Positions 11,014 to 20,946 of a DNA stretch of 64,000 nt are shown here, piece by piece. Position 1 is the stretch's first letter. Every line of letters begins with the position of its first letter. Below the pieces are notes generated by a model. That model was not told the DNA's origin and ran no database searches. It worked only from the letters and a program-made list of their open reading frames with translations. Position numbers and translations under genes: made by a program. Source of the stretch: a virus; IMG/VR virus record IMGVR_UViG_3300032236_001065, positions 1 through 64,000 of that record; one strand, given 5' to 3'.

Positions 11014-11997
11014 ATGACACGTGCAAAAGATTTAGCAAGCTCAGCATATTCAATAGGAAATACAAGTTCCCGCCCATCATCACCATATGTTGGACAAGAG
11101 TATTTTGATACAACCCTTCAACAGCTAATAGTCTATAGCTCTGGCGGTTGGATTGCAGCTGGAAGCCCAGGTCCAGTTACAGCTAGCTATCTTGTTGTGG
11201 CAGGTGGCGGAGGATCTAAGGCAGCAACAGGTTGCTGCACAGGATCTGGTGGTAATGGAGCGGGTGGTCTTTTAACTGGATCACAACAATTTTCTTCAGG
11301 TGTCACATACACAATTTCTGTAGGTGCAGGAGGTAGTGGAAGTAATGGCTCAAACTCTTCTATTTCTGGAACTGGATTAACTACTATCTTAGCTTATGGT
11401 GGAGGATACGGAAGTACTTATACTGCAGGAGATCCTGCAACCTCTGGAGGTTCAGGCGGAGGAGGTTGTTATCCAACAGCTTCTGGAGGAGCTGGAACAA
11501 GCGGTCAAGGTTATGCTGGAGGAAATGATGCAGGTGCACTATCTCCAAACGCTGGCGGAGGCGGCGGAGGCGGAGCTGGCGGGGTAGGTTCAGATGGAGA
11601 AATTCCAGATGGAAGACATACTGGCTCTGGAGGAAATGGTATTCAATCATCAATAACTGGAACAGCAACATACTATGCTGGCGGCGGCGGAGCAGCTGTA
11701 CGTGGAAACTGGGGAAGCAATGGAACATATTACAAAGGAACAGGCGGTTTAGGTGGTGGTGGCGTTGGAGCAGATCCAACAACAAACAATGCAACTAATG
11801 GATCTGCAAATACAGGAGGCGGAGCGGGCGGAGCTTATGGAAATAATACAGGCGCAACAAATACTATTGGCGGCTCAGGGGTTATTATAATTTCTGCACC
11901 AAGAGCAGCTGCATCAACAACAGGCTCTCCAACCATAACAACAAATGGCTCAAATACGGTATATACATTTACAGGCATAGGATCAATAACCTTTTAG
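11014..11997 (+). CDS. Glycine-rich paralog 8 (variant C-terminus)
   Basis: MTRAKDLA, YFDTTLQQ, polyGly; ends GSGVIII...VYTFTGIGSITF instead of VGG. Confidence 0.8.
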   Translation: MTRAKDLASSAYSIGNTSSRPSSPYVGQEYFDTTLQQLIVYSSGGWIAAGSPGPVTASYLVVAGGGGSKAATGCCTGSGGNGAGGLLTGSQQFSSGVTYTISVGAGGSGSNGSNSSISGTGLTTILAYGGGYGSTYTAGDPATSGGSGGGGCYPTASGGAGTSGQGYAGGNDAGALSPNAGGGGGGGAGGVGSDGEIPDGRHTGSGGNGIQSSITGTATYYAGGGGAAVRGNWGSNGTYYKGTGGLGGGGVGADPTTNNATNGSANTGGGAGGAYGNNTGATNTIGGSGVIIISAPRAAASTTGSPTITTNGSNTVYTFTGIGSITF

Positions 11998-12006
11998 GAG
12001 AAAAAT

Positions 12007-12372
12007 ATGGCACATTATGCAAAGCTTGACTCAAATAACATAGTAACAGAAGTTGTTGTTGTTAATAATGAGGTTATAACAGTTGATGGTGTTGAATCAG
12101 AGCAAAAGGGATTAGACTTTCTTTATGAACTAACTGGTCATAAAAACTGGGTAAAATGCTCATATAATGGAAATATAAGATTAAACTTTCCAGGTATAGG
12201 AATGTCTTATGATAAAGACAGGGATGCTTTTATTACTCACAAGCCATATCCAGATTGGGTTCTTGATGAAGAAACCTGCAGATGGAAACCTCCAATTGAA
12301 ATGCCAAATGATGGAAAAGAATATAAGTGGTTTACGGAAGAACATAGATGGATTCAGATAAACGAAGTCTAA
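12007..12372 (+). CDS. MAHY/MAHF-type small protein, putative fibre assembly chaperone
   Basis: MAHYAKLD..., SYN, GIGMSYD, P.P.W.L..W.PP motifs; AGGAG SD; paralog of 12577. Confidence 0.65.
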   Translation: MAHYAKLDSNNIVTEVVVVNNEVITVDGVESEQKGLDFLYELTGHKNWVKCSYNGNIRLNFPGIGMSYDKDRDAFITHKPYPDWVLDEETCRWKPPIEMPNDGKEYKWFTEEHRWIQINEV

Positions 12373-12527
12373 TAATAGCTGAAGATAGCAAAATAGAGGC
12401 ACGACAAGATATTTGTAGGGGCTGTGATAGCTTATTTAAAGCTACATGGACATGTATTGAATGTGGGTGCTTTATGAAAATTAAAACACGCCTAAATGCA
12501 TCAACCTGCCCCCTTCAAAAATGGTGA
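12348..12527 (+). CDS. 59-aa six-cysteine protein (DUF6171-like); not in ORF track
   Basis: Hand translation MDSDKRSLIIAEDSKIEARQDICRGCDSLFKATWTCIECGCFMKIKTRLNASTCPLQKW; same pattern as 41159-41446. Confidence 0.8.
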   Translation: MDSDKRSLIIAEDSKIEARQDICRGCDSLFKATWTCIECGCFMKIKTRLNASTCPLQKW

Positions 12528-12576
12528 TTTATAAAAACTATGCTATACTTTAATAAGATTTACAAAGGAGATCTAA

Positions 12577-12984
12577 ATGGCACATTTTGCAGAAATTGAT
12601 TCAAACAACAAGGTAGTTCGTGTACTAGTAGTAGCTGATGAAAATGCAGCAGATGGTCATAACTTCCTTGCTAACACCCTCGGCCTTGGTGGCACTTGGG
12701 TTCAAACTTCATACAACACTCGTGGTGGAGTACACTACGGTGCTGATGGAAAGCCTGATGGAAAAGAGCAAATTGGTTTTAACTATGCTGGTATCGGATA
12801 TAGCTATGATGCAACCGACAAGGCATTTTATGCACCACAACCATTTCCTTCATGGACATTGAATAAGACATCTTATACATGGGAAGCACCAGTTGCATAC
12901 CCTTCAGATCAAAAGCCTTATGCATGGAATGAAGAGACAAAGGCTTGGGATCCAATTGAGATGCCAACACCTCCAACAGCATAA
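12577..12984 (+). CDS. MAHF-type small protein, putative fibre assembly chaperone
   Basis: MAHFAEID, QTSYN, NYAGIGYSYD, PFPSW; upstream TGCTATACT (12541-12549) and AAGGAG. Confidence 0.65.
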   Translation: MAHFAEIDSNNKVVRVLVVADENAADGHNFLANTLGLGGTWVQTSYNTRGGVHYGADGKPDGKEQIGFNYAGIGYSYDATDKAFYAPQPFPSWTLNKTSYTWEAPVAYPSDQKPYAWNEETKAWDPIEMPTPPTA

Positions 12985-13000
12985 TAAAAATATAAACATT

Positions 13001-13040
13001 AAAGAGCCAGGAAATTCTTATTTCCTGGCATCTTTGTTTT
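13001..13040 (+). terminator. Intrinsic terminator ending the fibre cluster
   Basis: GCCAGGAAAT-TCTT-ATTTCCTGGC hairpin followed by ATCTTTGTTTT. Confidence 0.8.
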
Positions 13041-13057
13041 AAGATATAATAGGATAT

Positions 13058-15073
13058 ATGTCATATAAACAAGCAGTATTAAGAGATAATCCACTTGGAT
13101 TTTGGTTACTTGATGGTCCTTCAACACTCAGGACATATGGCACATTATTGCTTGAATATGCAACATATCAAGACTACCTAGATAATGAACAATCATATTT
13201 GCAAGAACTTAACTCTATGTATTTACAAGATGTATCTGCATATCAAAATAACTATAATTCATCTACTGGATTTGGTGGTAATTCAGCAGCATACACTTTG
13301 GGTTCCCCGAATTTTCAAGATGTAATGACTCTTATTACACACGCCAATTATGATACACAAAATAATGGTTGCAGAATTACAGATAACATTGGCGTAGATA
13401 TTCTTAATATTTATAAAGGGTTTGAGGCGGGATATGAAAAGAAAAACTTTGGTATTGAATTTTGGGCATTAATACAATCCCCGCCAACTGTTGATTTCCC
13501 ACTAGTATCATTAAAATCAGGTTCAAATAATAGAATGAGAATCTATATAAATGGAGACTCAATTTACTTTCAAGTATACTTTTCAAATGGCACAAGTTCT
13601 ACTACAAAGAAGCAGATATTGTCATGGGATCAACCATTCCATGTATTTGCAATTGCCAAAGATGACAGCATTAAGATATACGTAAATGCTAAGTCTGATG
13701 AAACAATATCATTTGCTTCAAGCTTGAGCTACTATACAGATCCAGGCAATCCAACAAATAATCAAAGCTTAACTTATTATGATGCTATTGATCATAGTAG
13801 ATTTTGTGTTGGTCCCGCCGCTTCTGGGCAGCATTTCACAATAAACGGACTGGCACTGTATGACTATGAACTTTCTATAAATCAAATGCAGGCACATATG
13901 TTCTGGGCACATAGAGATTCTGATCCGATTAATTATTCAAAGCAAACAAATGTATCTAACTTTAAATTTGATAATACTGTTGGTCAATTAATTTTGTCAA
14001 AGCAACTTTCTTCTGCCCCAGCCTATAATCTAGGAACATTTTCAAATGTTATTGCCGATAAGTCAGGCATCACTTTGACACAGACTACATCCTCGCAGGC
14101 GGGCGTGGGAATATGGGAGTATGCATTTACAGCAACTTCTTACACAAACTTTGCAAATATTAATTTAGCATGGGATTCAGGTTCTACCCAGGATTCAACA
14201 GTTTCAACCAAATATGTAAAGGTAGAAGTATCTTATGACGAAGGTGCTACATTTTATCAAGTAACAAATGGAAAGAACTTTCCATACTTTATGTCAATGT
14301 ATTCTTCTGCAATTGGCGTAAGAGTTTTGGTAAGAGTTACACTGTTTTCTCAAGACACATCTTTGAGTAACCAGCCTAGACTAGACAACTTGTCAATCAA
14401 ACTTTATGCAGATATTTCTGAAGTATCAGATTCTGGCTTGTTCAAGATTGCACCTACAACAAACTCAACATACATTATCAAAACAGATAATACCAACCTT
14501 CTTTCAAGAAGTAGCAATCTAGGAATTAGATTTTCAGCACAAGATCCAGGTGGAACCCCAGGTTCAGCAATTATATCTGCAATCTCAGGCTCATCATTTG
14601 AATCAATAGAATTTTGGTTCCAATACAACGGTGTGGGCGGGGCAGTGTTAGATATTGGTGGCACAAACCCAGATTTATATGTAGATTCAAACAATGTATT
14701 AAATAAAGGATATCCTACAGGTTACCTATATATAAATGGAGTGGATAGATCTTCATCTCCAATAACATTGGTAAATGGTGAAATGTATCATGTCGTGGTT
14801 GTATATTCAGCTTCACAAACACATGACATTCTTATCAATGGTTCGTATAACGGGTCTTATAGCCCTTCAGATGCCAGCTACGGCTATATAACCATATATC
14901 CTGGACAACTTAGCCTTTCTCAAGTACAAGCTAGGTATTTGTCATTTATATCTGTGGCTACAGGAATTGCCAGGGATTCAATTACCTCTTTGGGCTCAAT
15001 TTTGGAATACTCTGGTGCAGCAAACAATATAAACGATGGTCAGCCTATCGGTTTCCATCGCCATATTAACTAA
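13058..15073 (+). CDS. Virion protein with concanavalin A/LamG-like domains
   Basis: MSY...VL.DNPLGFW.LD start; IEFW, HVFA, IYVN, LALYD..LS and a second SIEFWF/YHVVVVY repeat; TATAAT 7 nt upstream (leaderless). Confidence 0.7.
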   Translation: MSYKQAVLRDNPLGFWLLDGPSTLRTYGTLLLEYATYQDYLDNEQSYLQELNSMYLQDVSAYQNNYNSSTGFGGNSAAYTLGSPNFQDVMTLITHANYDTQNNGCRITDNIGVDILNIYKGFEAGYEKKNFGIEFWALIQSPPTVDFPLVSLKSGSNNRMRIYINGDSIYFQVYFSNGTSSTTKKQILSWDQPFHVFAIAKDDSIKIYVNAKSDETISFASSLSYYTDPGNPTNNQSLTYYDAIDHSRFCVGPAASGQHFTINGLALYDYELSINQMQAHMFWAHRDSDPINYSKQTNVSNFKFDNTVGQLILSKQLSSAPAYNLGTFSNVIADKSGITLTQTTSSQAGVGIWEYAFTATSYTNFANINLAWDSGSTQDSTVSTKYVKVEVSYDEGATFYQVTNGKNFPYFMSMYSSAIGVRVLVRVTLFSQDTSLSNQPRLDNLSIKLYADISEVSDSGLFKIAPTTNSTYIIKTDNTNLLSRSSNLGIRFSAQDPGGTPGSAIISAISGSSFESIEFWFQYNGVGGAVLDIGGTNPDLYVDSNNVLNKGYPTGYLYINGVDRSSSPITLVNGEMYHVVVVYSASQTHDILINGSYNGSYSPSDASYGYITIYPGQLSLSQVQARYLSFISVATGIARDSITSLGSILEYSGAANNINDGQPIGFHRHIN

Positions 15074-15133
15074 AAATAGCATCCAAATGTTCAGTTTTTA
15101 CGCCTTTCCATTAGAAAGTGGTATTATTCCTAT

Positions 15134-15472
15134 ATGGCTAAAATGAAAGTAACACCAATTGATGAGGTAAACTGGGGCATGTATTGCTGGGTTATGCCTG
15201 ACGACACTATTGTAATGGATGAAGAGGGAGCTTATTTGAGCATCCCGTCCATGAAAGGCGACATTCGCCAGATTAAAAAGCTTAAAGAAGTAGCAAAGCA
15301 TTATGGCTTGGAAGATGGCAAGCCTCTATTTTTTGCAGGTCACAGAGTAGTAACAGATGAAGAATTAGAAGAACAACGCAGGCGGGGAGACATGGGGCTA
15401 GTACCAGACCCACATGACCTTCCAGCCATGATGGAATATATTGAAGAAATGAGGGAGATGGATCTTGGCTAA
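15134..15472 (+). CDS. Hypothetical protein upstream of portal
   Basis: Clean ORF; TGGTATTAT 6 nt upstream. Confidence 0.65.
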   Translation: MAKMKVTPIDEVNWGMYCWVMPDDTIVMDEEGAYLSIPSMKGDIRQIKKLKEVAKHYGLEDGKPLFFAGHRVVTDEELEEQRRRGDMGLVPDPHDLPAMMEYIEEMREMDLG

Positions 15473-17042
15473 TTTAACAGTAGCAGATGATTTTGATGAC
15501 GACGATAATGGAGTCACAATTAAGATGGGAACACAGCATACAACAGAATCTGATTTTGATGACCCATTTAATCTAACATGGGATGAAATTAGAAAAGCCG
15601 AAGGCCTAGGTGCAAACTTCCGCCGTAAGGTTGATAGAATGCAAAAGTCATTTACAGGGCAGGGGGATGCAAAGTCTAAGAAGCTTGATCCACTTGATCT
15701 TACAGGATATTCACTTTTTCAGATTGTTCAGCCTCCATATAACGTTCTTTATCTAGCACAGCTTTATGATGTATCTCCATATCATCACTCTGCAGTAAAT
15801 GCTAAAGCAGCAAACGTAATTGGTCTTGGATATCAATTTGATAATACATGGGCAACTACAATGAAAATTGAAGATTCAATGGATAACACAAAGAAGCTTG
15901 ACAAACTTCGCTCAAAGATTGAGCAGGCTAAAGTTGAACTTCGTGGCTACCTAGAATCTCTTAATTCAGATGATTCATTTACAGAAACAATGAAGAAGCT
16001 TTATATTGACTTAGAGTCAACAGGAAATGCCTATCTTGAAGTTGGTCGTACATCAAATGGAAAGATTGGTTACATTGGACATATTCCTACAACAACTATG
16101 AGAATCCGCCGTCACCGTGATGGCTTTGTTCAGGTTGTTTATAACCGCTACACATTCTTTAGAAACTTTGGTGATACCGAGACCCCAGATCAGATTGGAA
16201 CTGACCCCCAGCCAAACGAAGTTATTCACTTCAAAGTCTTTACTCCTTCCAATACATATTATGGAGTACCAGACATTCTTTCAGCAAAGAATGCAGTAGC
16301 GGGCGATGAGTTCGCACAGCGTTTTAATCTGGATTATTTTGAGAACAAAGCAGTACCTCGTTACATTATTGTTGTAAAGGGTGCAAAACTAACTGCTGAT
16401 TCAGAGCGTAAGTTGCTTGAGTTCTTCCAAACTGGACTTAAAGGCAGAAACCATAGAACCCTTTATATTCCCCTTCCATCAGACGGAGAACAGGGTCGTG
16501 TTGAGTTTGAAATGAAGCCAGTTGAAGCGGGAGTTCAAGATTCATCATTCAAGAACTATGCAGTAGAAAATAGAGATCGTATTCTTATTGCACACAGAGT
16601 TCCTATTTCTAAGATCGGTATGCCACAAGGTGTATCGTTGGCAAATGCTAAAGATGCAGATAAGACATTTAAAGAGCAGGTATGTCGTCCTCGTCAAGAA
16701 GAACTTGAGTTTAAAGTTAACTTGATTATCAGAGAATTTACCGATGCTTTCGTATTGCGATTTAATGAACTTGCACTTACAGATGAAGAGACACAATCAA
16801 GAATTGATGATCGCTATCTTAAGGATCAAGTTATTACTCCTAACGAAGTTCGTGCACGTCGTGGGATGGCTCCACTTGAAGGTGGTGATGCAGTATTGGT
16901 TATCAATCCTAAAGCAATGCAAGATGCAGCATCAGACGCAAGCGGAAACAAAACTCGTGACCAAAATAGAACTTTAAATGCACCAGACAAAATGGGAACA
17001 GCTCGTAACGCTAAAGGCGAAGGGCGACAAGAAGGCAACTAA
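15465..17042 (+). CDS. Portal protein
   Basis: GNAYLE, EVIHF, YYGVP, YFENKAVP, AHRVP...G, TPNEVR..G..P..GGD portal motifs. Confidence 0.92.
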   Translation: MANLTVADDFDDDDNGVTIKMGTQHTTESDFDDPFNLTWDEIRKAEGLGANFRRKVDRMQKSFTGQGDAKSKKLDPLDLTGYSLFQIVQPPYNVLYLAQLYDVSPYHHSAVNAKAANVIGLGYQFDNTWATTMKIEDSMDNTKKLDKLRSKIEQAKVELRGYLESLNSDDSFTETMKKLYIDLESTGNAYLEVGRTSNGKIGYIGHIPTTTMRIRRHRDGFVQVVYNRYTFFRNFGDTETPDQIGTDPQPNEVIHFKVFTPSNTYYGVPDILSAKNAVAGDEFAQRFNLDYFENKAVPRYIIVVKGAKLTADSERKLLEFFQTGLKGRNHRTLYIPLPSDGEQGRVEFEMKPVEAGVQDSSFKNYAVENRDRILIAHRVPISKIGMPQGVSLANAKDADKTFKEQVCRPRQEELEFKVNLIIREFTDAFVLRFNELALTDEETQSRIDDRYLKDQVITPNEVRARRGMAPLEGGDAVLVINPKAMQDAASDASGNKTRDQNRTLNAPDKMGTARNAKGEGRQEGN

Positions 17043-17045
17043 AAA

Positions 17046-17903
17046 ATGGCAACAGCCCTAGATGTTTTAAACGTTGCTAGAAGCCAAATAGGATTTGTTG
17101 AAGGTCCTATGAATGAAAACCCATATGGAATTTGGTATGGTGTTCCTAATGCAAGTTATTGTGCTATGGGAATTTCATGGTGCTTTGCACAAGTTGGTTT
17201 ATCACATTTAGTAGCTGCACAAACTTCAAAAGGCTTTGCTTATTGCCCAGCAGGTTTGAATTGGTTTCAACGCCAAGGTTTAGTTGTAAATAAATATCAA
17301 GCACAACCTGGTGATCTTGTTTTCTTTTCTTGGGGAACTGGAGTTGCAGAACACATTGAAATTGTTGAAGCAGCATCGGCAGATGGATTAACAACAATTG
17401 GTTTTAATACCACTGATAAAAATACAAAAGAAGCAGCAAATGGCGGCGGGTGTTATAGGGAGCATCGCCCATATCTCTATGTTATGGCTATTGTAAGACC
17501 TAAATATCCAGTTCCAGTAAAGCCAACAACTGGCGTTGCAACAAGCAAGAAGGCTACTGCAGGAGTAGCAGCAACAGGAGCAGCGGTGGCGGGAACAACT
17601 GGAATGATGCATACAGGAACTACAACAACTACTGCAACTACAACAAAGCCAACTACAGTATTTATAGCCCCTCCATTTCCAACATCTCAAAATTCATTTA
17701 AATTGGGTCAAACAAATGATGCAGTATTAACAATTCAGAAGGCATTAGTTAAGAAAACATTACTTGCTTCAAAATATGCCACTGGAACAATGAATACTCA
17801 AACACAGGCAGCATTGGCTAAATTTGATCAAAAGCTGGGAATTATTGTAAAAGGTGGAGCAGTTCCACAAATAGTTTATGATAATTTGAAGGGATCGCTA
17901 TGA
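17046..17903 (+). CDS. Endolysin: CHAP domain + Thr-rich linker + peptidoglycan-binding domain
   Basis: ARSQIG..E..N.YG.WYG...YCA..SW, PGDLVFF.W, H...V; C-terminal 'V..IQ.AL...G.....T..A...F'. Confidence 0.8.
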   Translation: MATALDVLNVARSQIGFVEGPMNENPYGIWYGVPNASYCAMGISWCFAQVGLSHLVAAQTSKGFAYCPAGLNWFQRQGLVVNKYQAQPGDLVFFSWGTGVAEHIEIVEAASADGLTTIGFNTTDKNTKEAANGGGCYREHRPYLYVMAIVRPKYPVPVKPTTGVATSKKATAGVAATGAAVAGTTGMMHTGTTTTTATTTKPTTVFIAPPFPTSQNSFKLGQTNDAVLTIQKALVKKTLLASKYATGTMNTQTQAALAKFDQKLGIIVKGGAVPQIVYDNLKGSL

Positions 17904-18271
17904 GCTTAAAACACCACTTTAAATTTAATGTAGGAGAGGCAAAACAGCTCGGAATAGCCCTTATTAGTTCATATGGAATGTGGGCAGCTACAGGATTTCA
18001 GAAAAGTATAACAGGTTTAATTTATCCTATTATGGGCTTTATAACAGGAGGATTGGCATCTCATAACTCAACAGCATCACCCAATGTTATGCCACAATCC
18101 CACATAGAAACCCCGTATGTTAATAACATAAATGATAAGAGTTCTGATGTTCCACCGCCCCTACCGCCTACATCTATCCCTACGGCGGGGGTTACAGAGC
18201 AGCCACAACAGCAATTTCAGAATGTAAAAGTAATACCAAAATCAACAGAAGGAGGAAATAGCAGTTCATAA
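17900..18271 (+). CDS. Putative holin/membrane protein
   Basis: Two hydrophobic segments, hydrophilic tail, overlaps lysin stop (ATGA). Confidence 0.5.
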   Translation: MSLKHHFKFNVGEAKQLGIALISSYGMWAATGFQKSITGLIYPIMGFITGGLASHNSTASPNVMPQSHIETPYVNNINDKSSDVPPPLPPTSIPTAGVTEQPQQQFQNVKVIPKSTEGGNSSS

Positions 18272-18335
18272 AATAAGTAAAAATTTCACCTAAAATTATG
18301 ACTTATTTATAAAGCTTGCTATTATTTATTTACAT

Positions 18336-19730
18336 ATGGAACTACAAAAAACTTATTGGAATAACAGTGGCTCTTCTCTAGCCCTCTCATTCCCAATCGC
18401 CAAGGTTGATAGAGAAAAAAGAACCGTATCGGGATTTGCTTCCCTTGATAATGTTGACAAGCATGGAGACATTGTAACTGCTGAAGCAAGCAAAGCAGCT
18501 TTTGATAATTTCAGAGGAAACATCCGTGAGATGCACGGACCTTCTGCAGTTGGCAAGATGCTTAACTTTAAGGAAGACTCTTTCTTTGATAAAGAGACTG
18601 GCAAGAAATATAGCGGAATTTATGTAACAGCATATGTCTCCAAGGGTGCACAAGATGCATGGGAGAAGTGCTTAGATGGTACATATACAGGTTTCTCAAT
18701 TGGTGGAAACATTGTAGATGCAAAAATGGAAAAGTCTGATGATGGATCAGAATCAAGGAGAGTTATTCACAAATATGAACTACACGAACTTAGTCTTGTG
18801 GATTCTCCAGCAAACCCACTTGCAAATATTTTTTCAATTCAAAAGATGGCAGAAGGCATTATAACAGAGAACGTATTCTGGTGCAGCACTGATGAAGTAG
18901 CATCAACCGCAACAGCAACAACAAAGAGTTGTGTTGTTTGCGATGGAGAGATGACAAACATTGGATGGGTTGAGCAAGCAGATGTTGAGAAGTTTGAAGC
19001 AATTGAAAAGGTAATTGATTCTTATTTCAAGAAAGATGATGCTCCAACATCAGCACATGAAGCAACGGAGACAGCAGCTCCAGGTTTGGCGGGAAATGTA
19101 ATTGATAGCACAACAGCTATTAATCTCTATCCTGATCAAAACACAAAACAAAAAGTCACGTTTAACGACGGACTTAAGAAGAGTGAAGAAAATTCACTCA
19201 ACGAAGGAGGTAACAAAATGGCAGAAGACACAGATGTAACAATTGAGAAGTCAATTGATGCAGAGACTCCAGCCGAAGAAGTTTCATCTGTAGATGAGAC
19301 ATCAGAAGTTACAGCAACAATTGAAAAGGCTGTAGAAATCTCTGAAGTTGAAGATACACTTGATTTTACAAAGATGGTCACTGACCTCAAGACCTTCTTT
19401 GGTGAGTCTATTGAAAAGAATTATGCCCTACAATCAGCTACTATTGCAGATCTCCAGAAGGTTATTGATGTAACCACTGCTGAGCTTGCAAAGGTGAACA
19501 ATTCATTTGAGGAAATGAAGAAGTCACACACAGAGCTTGTAGAAAAGCATGAAGCCCTACAAAAGTCAGTTACGGATATGTATGGAAAGATTGACTATGT
19601 TGATCACCAACTTAAGGGCTTTGAGTCCGCAACTGCAGTTAAGAAGTCCGTTGGGGTTTCCGAACAACCAATGGCTACAATCCAAAAAAGTATATGGCAA
19701 GGACACTTCCTCGGTGTTAATAACCTATAA
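18336..19730 (+). CDS. Prohead protease (HK97 type) fused to scaffolding domain
   Basis: V.GFAS...D..GD, REMH...AVGK, GFSIGG, ELSLVD.PAN; acidic coiled-coil C-terminal half. Confidence 0.88.
   Translation: MELQKTYWNNSGSSLALSFPIAKVDREKRTVSGFASLDNVDKHGDIVTAEASKAAFDNFRGNIREMHGPSAVGKMLNFKEDSFFDKETGKKYSGIYVTAYVSKGAQDAWEKCLDGTYTGFSIGGNIVDAKMEKSDDGSESRRVIHKYELHELSLVDSPANPLANIFSIQKMAEGIITENVFWCSTDEVASTATATTKSCVVCDGEMTNIGWVEQADVEKFEAIEKVIDSYFKKDDAPTSAHEATETAAPGLAGNVIDSTTAINLYPDQNTKQKVTFNDGLKKSEENSLNEGGNKMAEDTDVTIEKSIDAETPAEEVSSVDETSEVTATIEKAVEISEVEDTLDFTKMVTDLKTFFGESIEKNYALQSATIADLQKVIDVTTAELAKVNNSFEEMKKSHTELVEKHEALQKSVTDMYGKIDYVDHQLKGFESATAVKKSVGVSEQPMATIQKSIWQGHFLGVNNL
19218..19730 (+). CDS. Nested in-frame scaffolding protein (internal start)
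   Basis: AAGGAGG at 19204-19210, 7 nt before in-frame ATG 19218. Confidence 0.65.
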   Translation: MAEDTDVTIEKSIDAETPAEEVSSVDETSEVTATIEKAVEISEVEDTLDFTKMVTDLKTFFGESIEKNYALQSATIADLQKVIDVTTAELAKVNNSFEEMKKSHTELVEKHEALQKSVTDMYGKIDYVDHQLKGFESATAVKKSVGVSEQPMATIQKSIWQGHFLGVNNL

Positions 19731-19742
19731 AAATCTAACAAA

Positions 19743-19761
19743 AAAATAAGGTGGTGAAATA
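19743..19761 (+). promoter_or_regulatory. Shared 19-nt leader/RBS of major capsid gene
   Basis: aaaataaggtggtgaaata is identical to 24129-24147. Confidence 0.7.
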
Positions 19762-19766
19762 AATAA

Positions 19767-20927
19767 ATGAGTAATGAACTTCTACAAAAAGTAATTGATA
19801 CTACGAACCTCGGTTCTTCAGCAGTCAATGCATCAGGCGACGCATCTAACCTTTCAGGTAATGGTCTCCTATATCCAGATCAGGCTAACCGCTTCCTGGA
19901 TTACATGTGGGACGCTACGATTCTTGCTAAGGCAGCTCGTACAATCCGCATGCGTTCAAATACAACTGAAATTGATCGTGTTGCAGTTGGACAACGTATT
20001 ATGACCGTTGCACAGGAAGAGAATCCACGTAACTATGTTGCGTCTAACGATTCCTGGACTAACGCTAATTCTACTTCGTTCTCAAATGCAGCAGCACAAT
20101 TCAACAAGGTATCCCTTACAACACGTAAGCTACGTCTTGACTGGGAACTTTCAGCAGAATCTCTAGAAGATAACGTTGAGGGTCCAGATCTAGAAGATCA
20201 CATTGCACGTTTGATGGCTACCCAGGCAGGTAACGATATTGAGGATGTTCTCATCAATGGTCTCGGAACTGGCTCAGGTTTGCTTTCAGCGTTCCAAGGT
20301 TTCCGTGCTCTCGCACTTAACAACGCACACGTTGTTGATGCAAACGGTAACGGTCTAGACAAGACAATTTTCAACGCAGCAATCAAGGCATTGCCTCGTA
20401 AGTACAAGCAACGTCGTAACCAACTTCGCTTCTTCACAGGATCTAACTTGGTACAAGACTACTTGTTCAACCTAACCGCAGAAACTAGCTCTGGCTTTAC
20501 CCCATTTGATATCGCTTCAGGTATCATTCGTGGTGATGTTGCAGCTAACGATGGTGGTCCAGGTACTGTAACTCCATTTGCTTTCGGTATCCCAGTTATC
20601 AACGTTCCGTTGATGGATGAGACCCGTTCAGGCGACTACTCAGGTGCAGCTGGCCTTCATGGCGAGATTCACTTGACATTCCCTCAAAACTTCATTATTG
20701 GTATTAAGCGTGATGTAACAGTCTATCGCTTGTTCCAACCAAAGAAGGACACAATTGAGTACACACTCTTCATTCGTGTCGGTTGCGTAATGGAAAACTA
20801 CGATGCACATGTTATCGTTAAGAACGTCAAGGTTGCAGGTTCTGTTGGTGGAGCTCTCGGTTCCTTTACTAACGGTTCTGGTATTACTGGTGGCTCAAAC
20901 GTCGCTGGCTTTACAACTTCATTCTAA
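19767..20927 (+). CDS. Major capsid protein (HK97 fold)
   Basis: G.L.P.QA..F, ELS.E.LEDN.EG, D.E...ING, FGIPV..VP; follows protease; codon usage of a highly expressed gene. Confidence 0.92.
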   Translation: MSNELLQKVIDTTNLGSSAVNASGDASNLSGNGLLYPDQANRFLDYMWDATILAKAARTIRMRSNTTEIDRVAVGQRIMTVAQEENPRNYVASNDSWTNANSTSFSNAAAQFNKVSLTTRKLRLDWELSAESLEDNVEGPDLEDHIARLMATQAGNDIEDVLINGLGTGSGLLSAFQGFRALALNNAHVVDANGNGLDKTIFNAAIKALPRKYKQRRNQLRFFTGSNLVQDYLFNLTAETSSGFTPFDIASGIIRGDVAANDGGPGTVTPFAFGIPVINVPLMDETRSGDYSGAAGLHGEIHLTFPQNFIIGIKRDVTVYRLFQPKKDTIEYTLFIRVGCVMENYDAHVIVKNVKVAGSVGGALGSFTNGSGITGGSNVAGFTTSF

Positions 20928-20946
20928 TTTAAATAATTAGATGCAA

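Noticed and set aside
2778-11997. Diversity-generating retroelement or invertible shufflon driving the paralog array
   Set aside because: No reverse transcriptase or site-specific recombinase in the window, no template/variable repeat pair differing only at adenines, and all copies are in the same orientation
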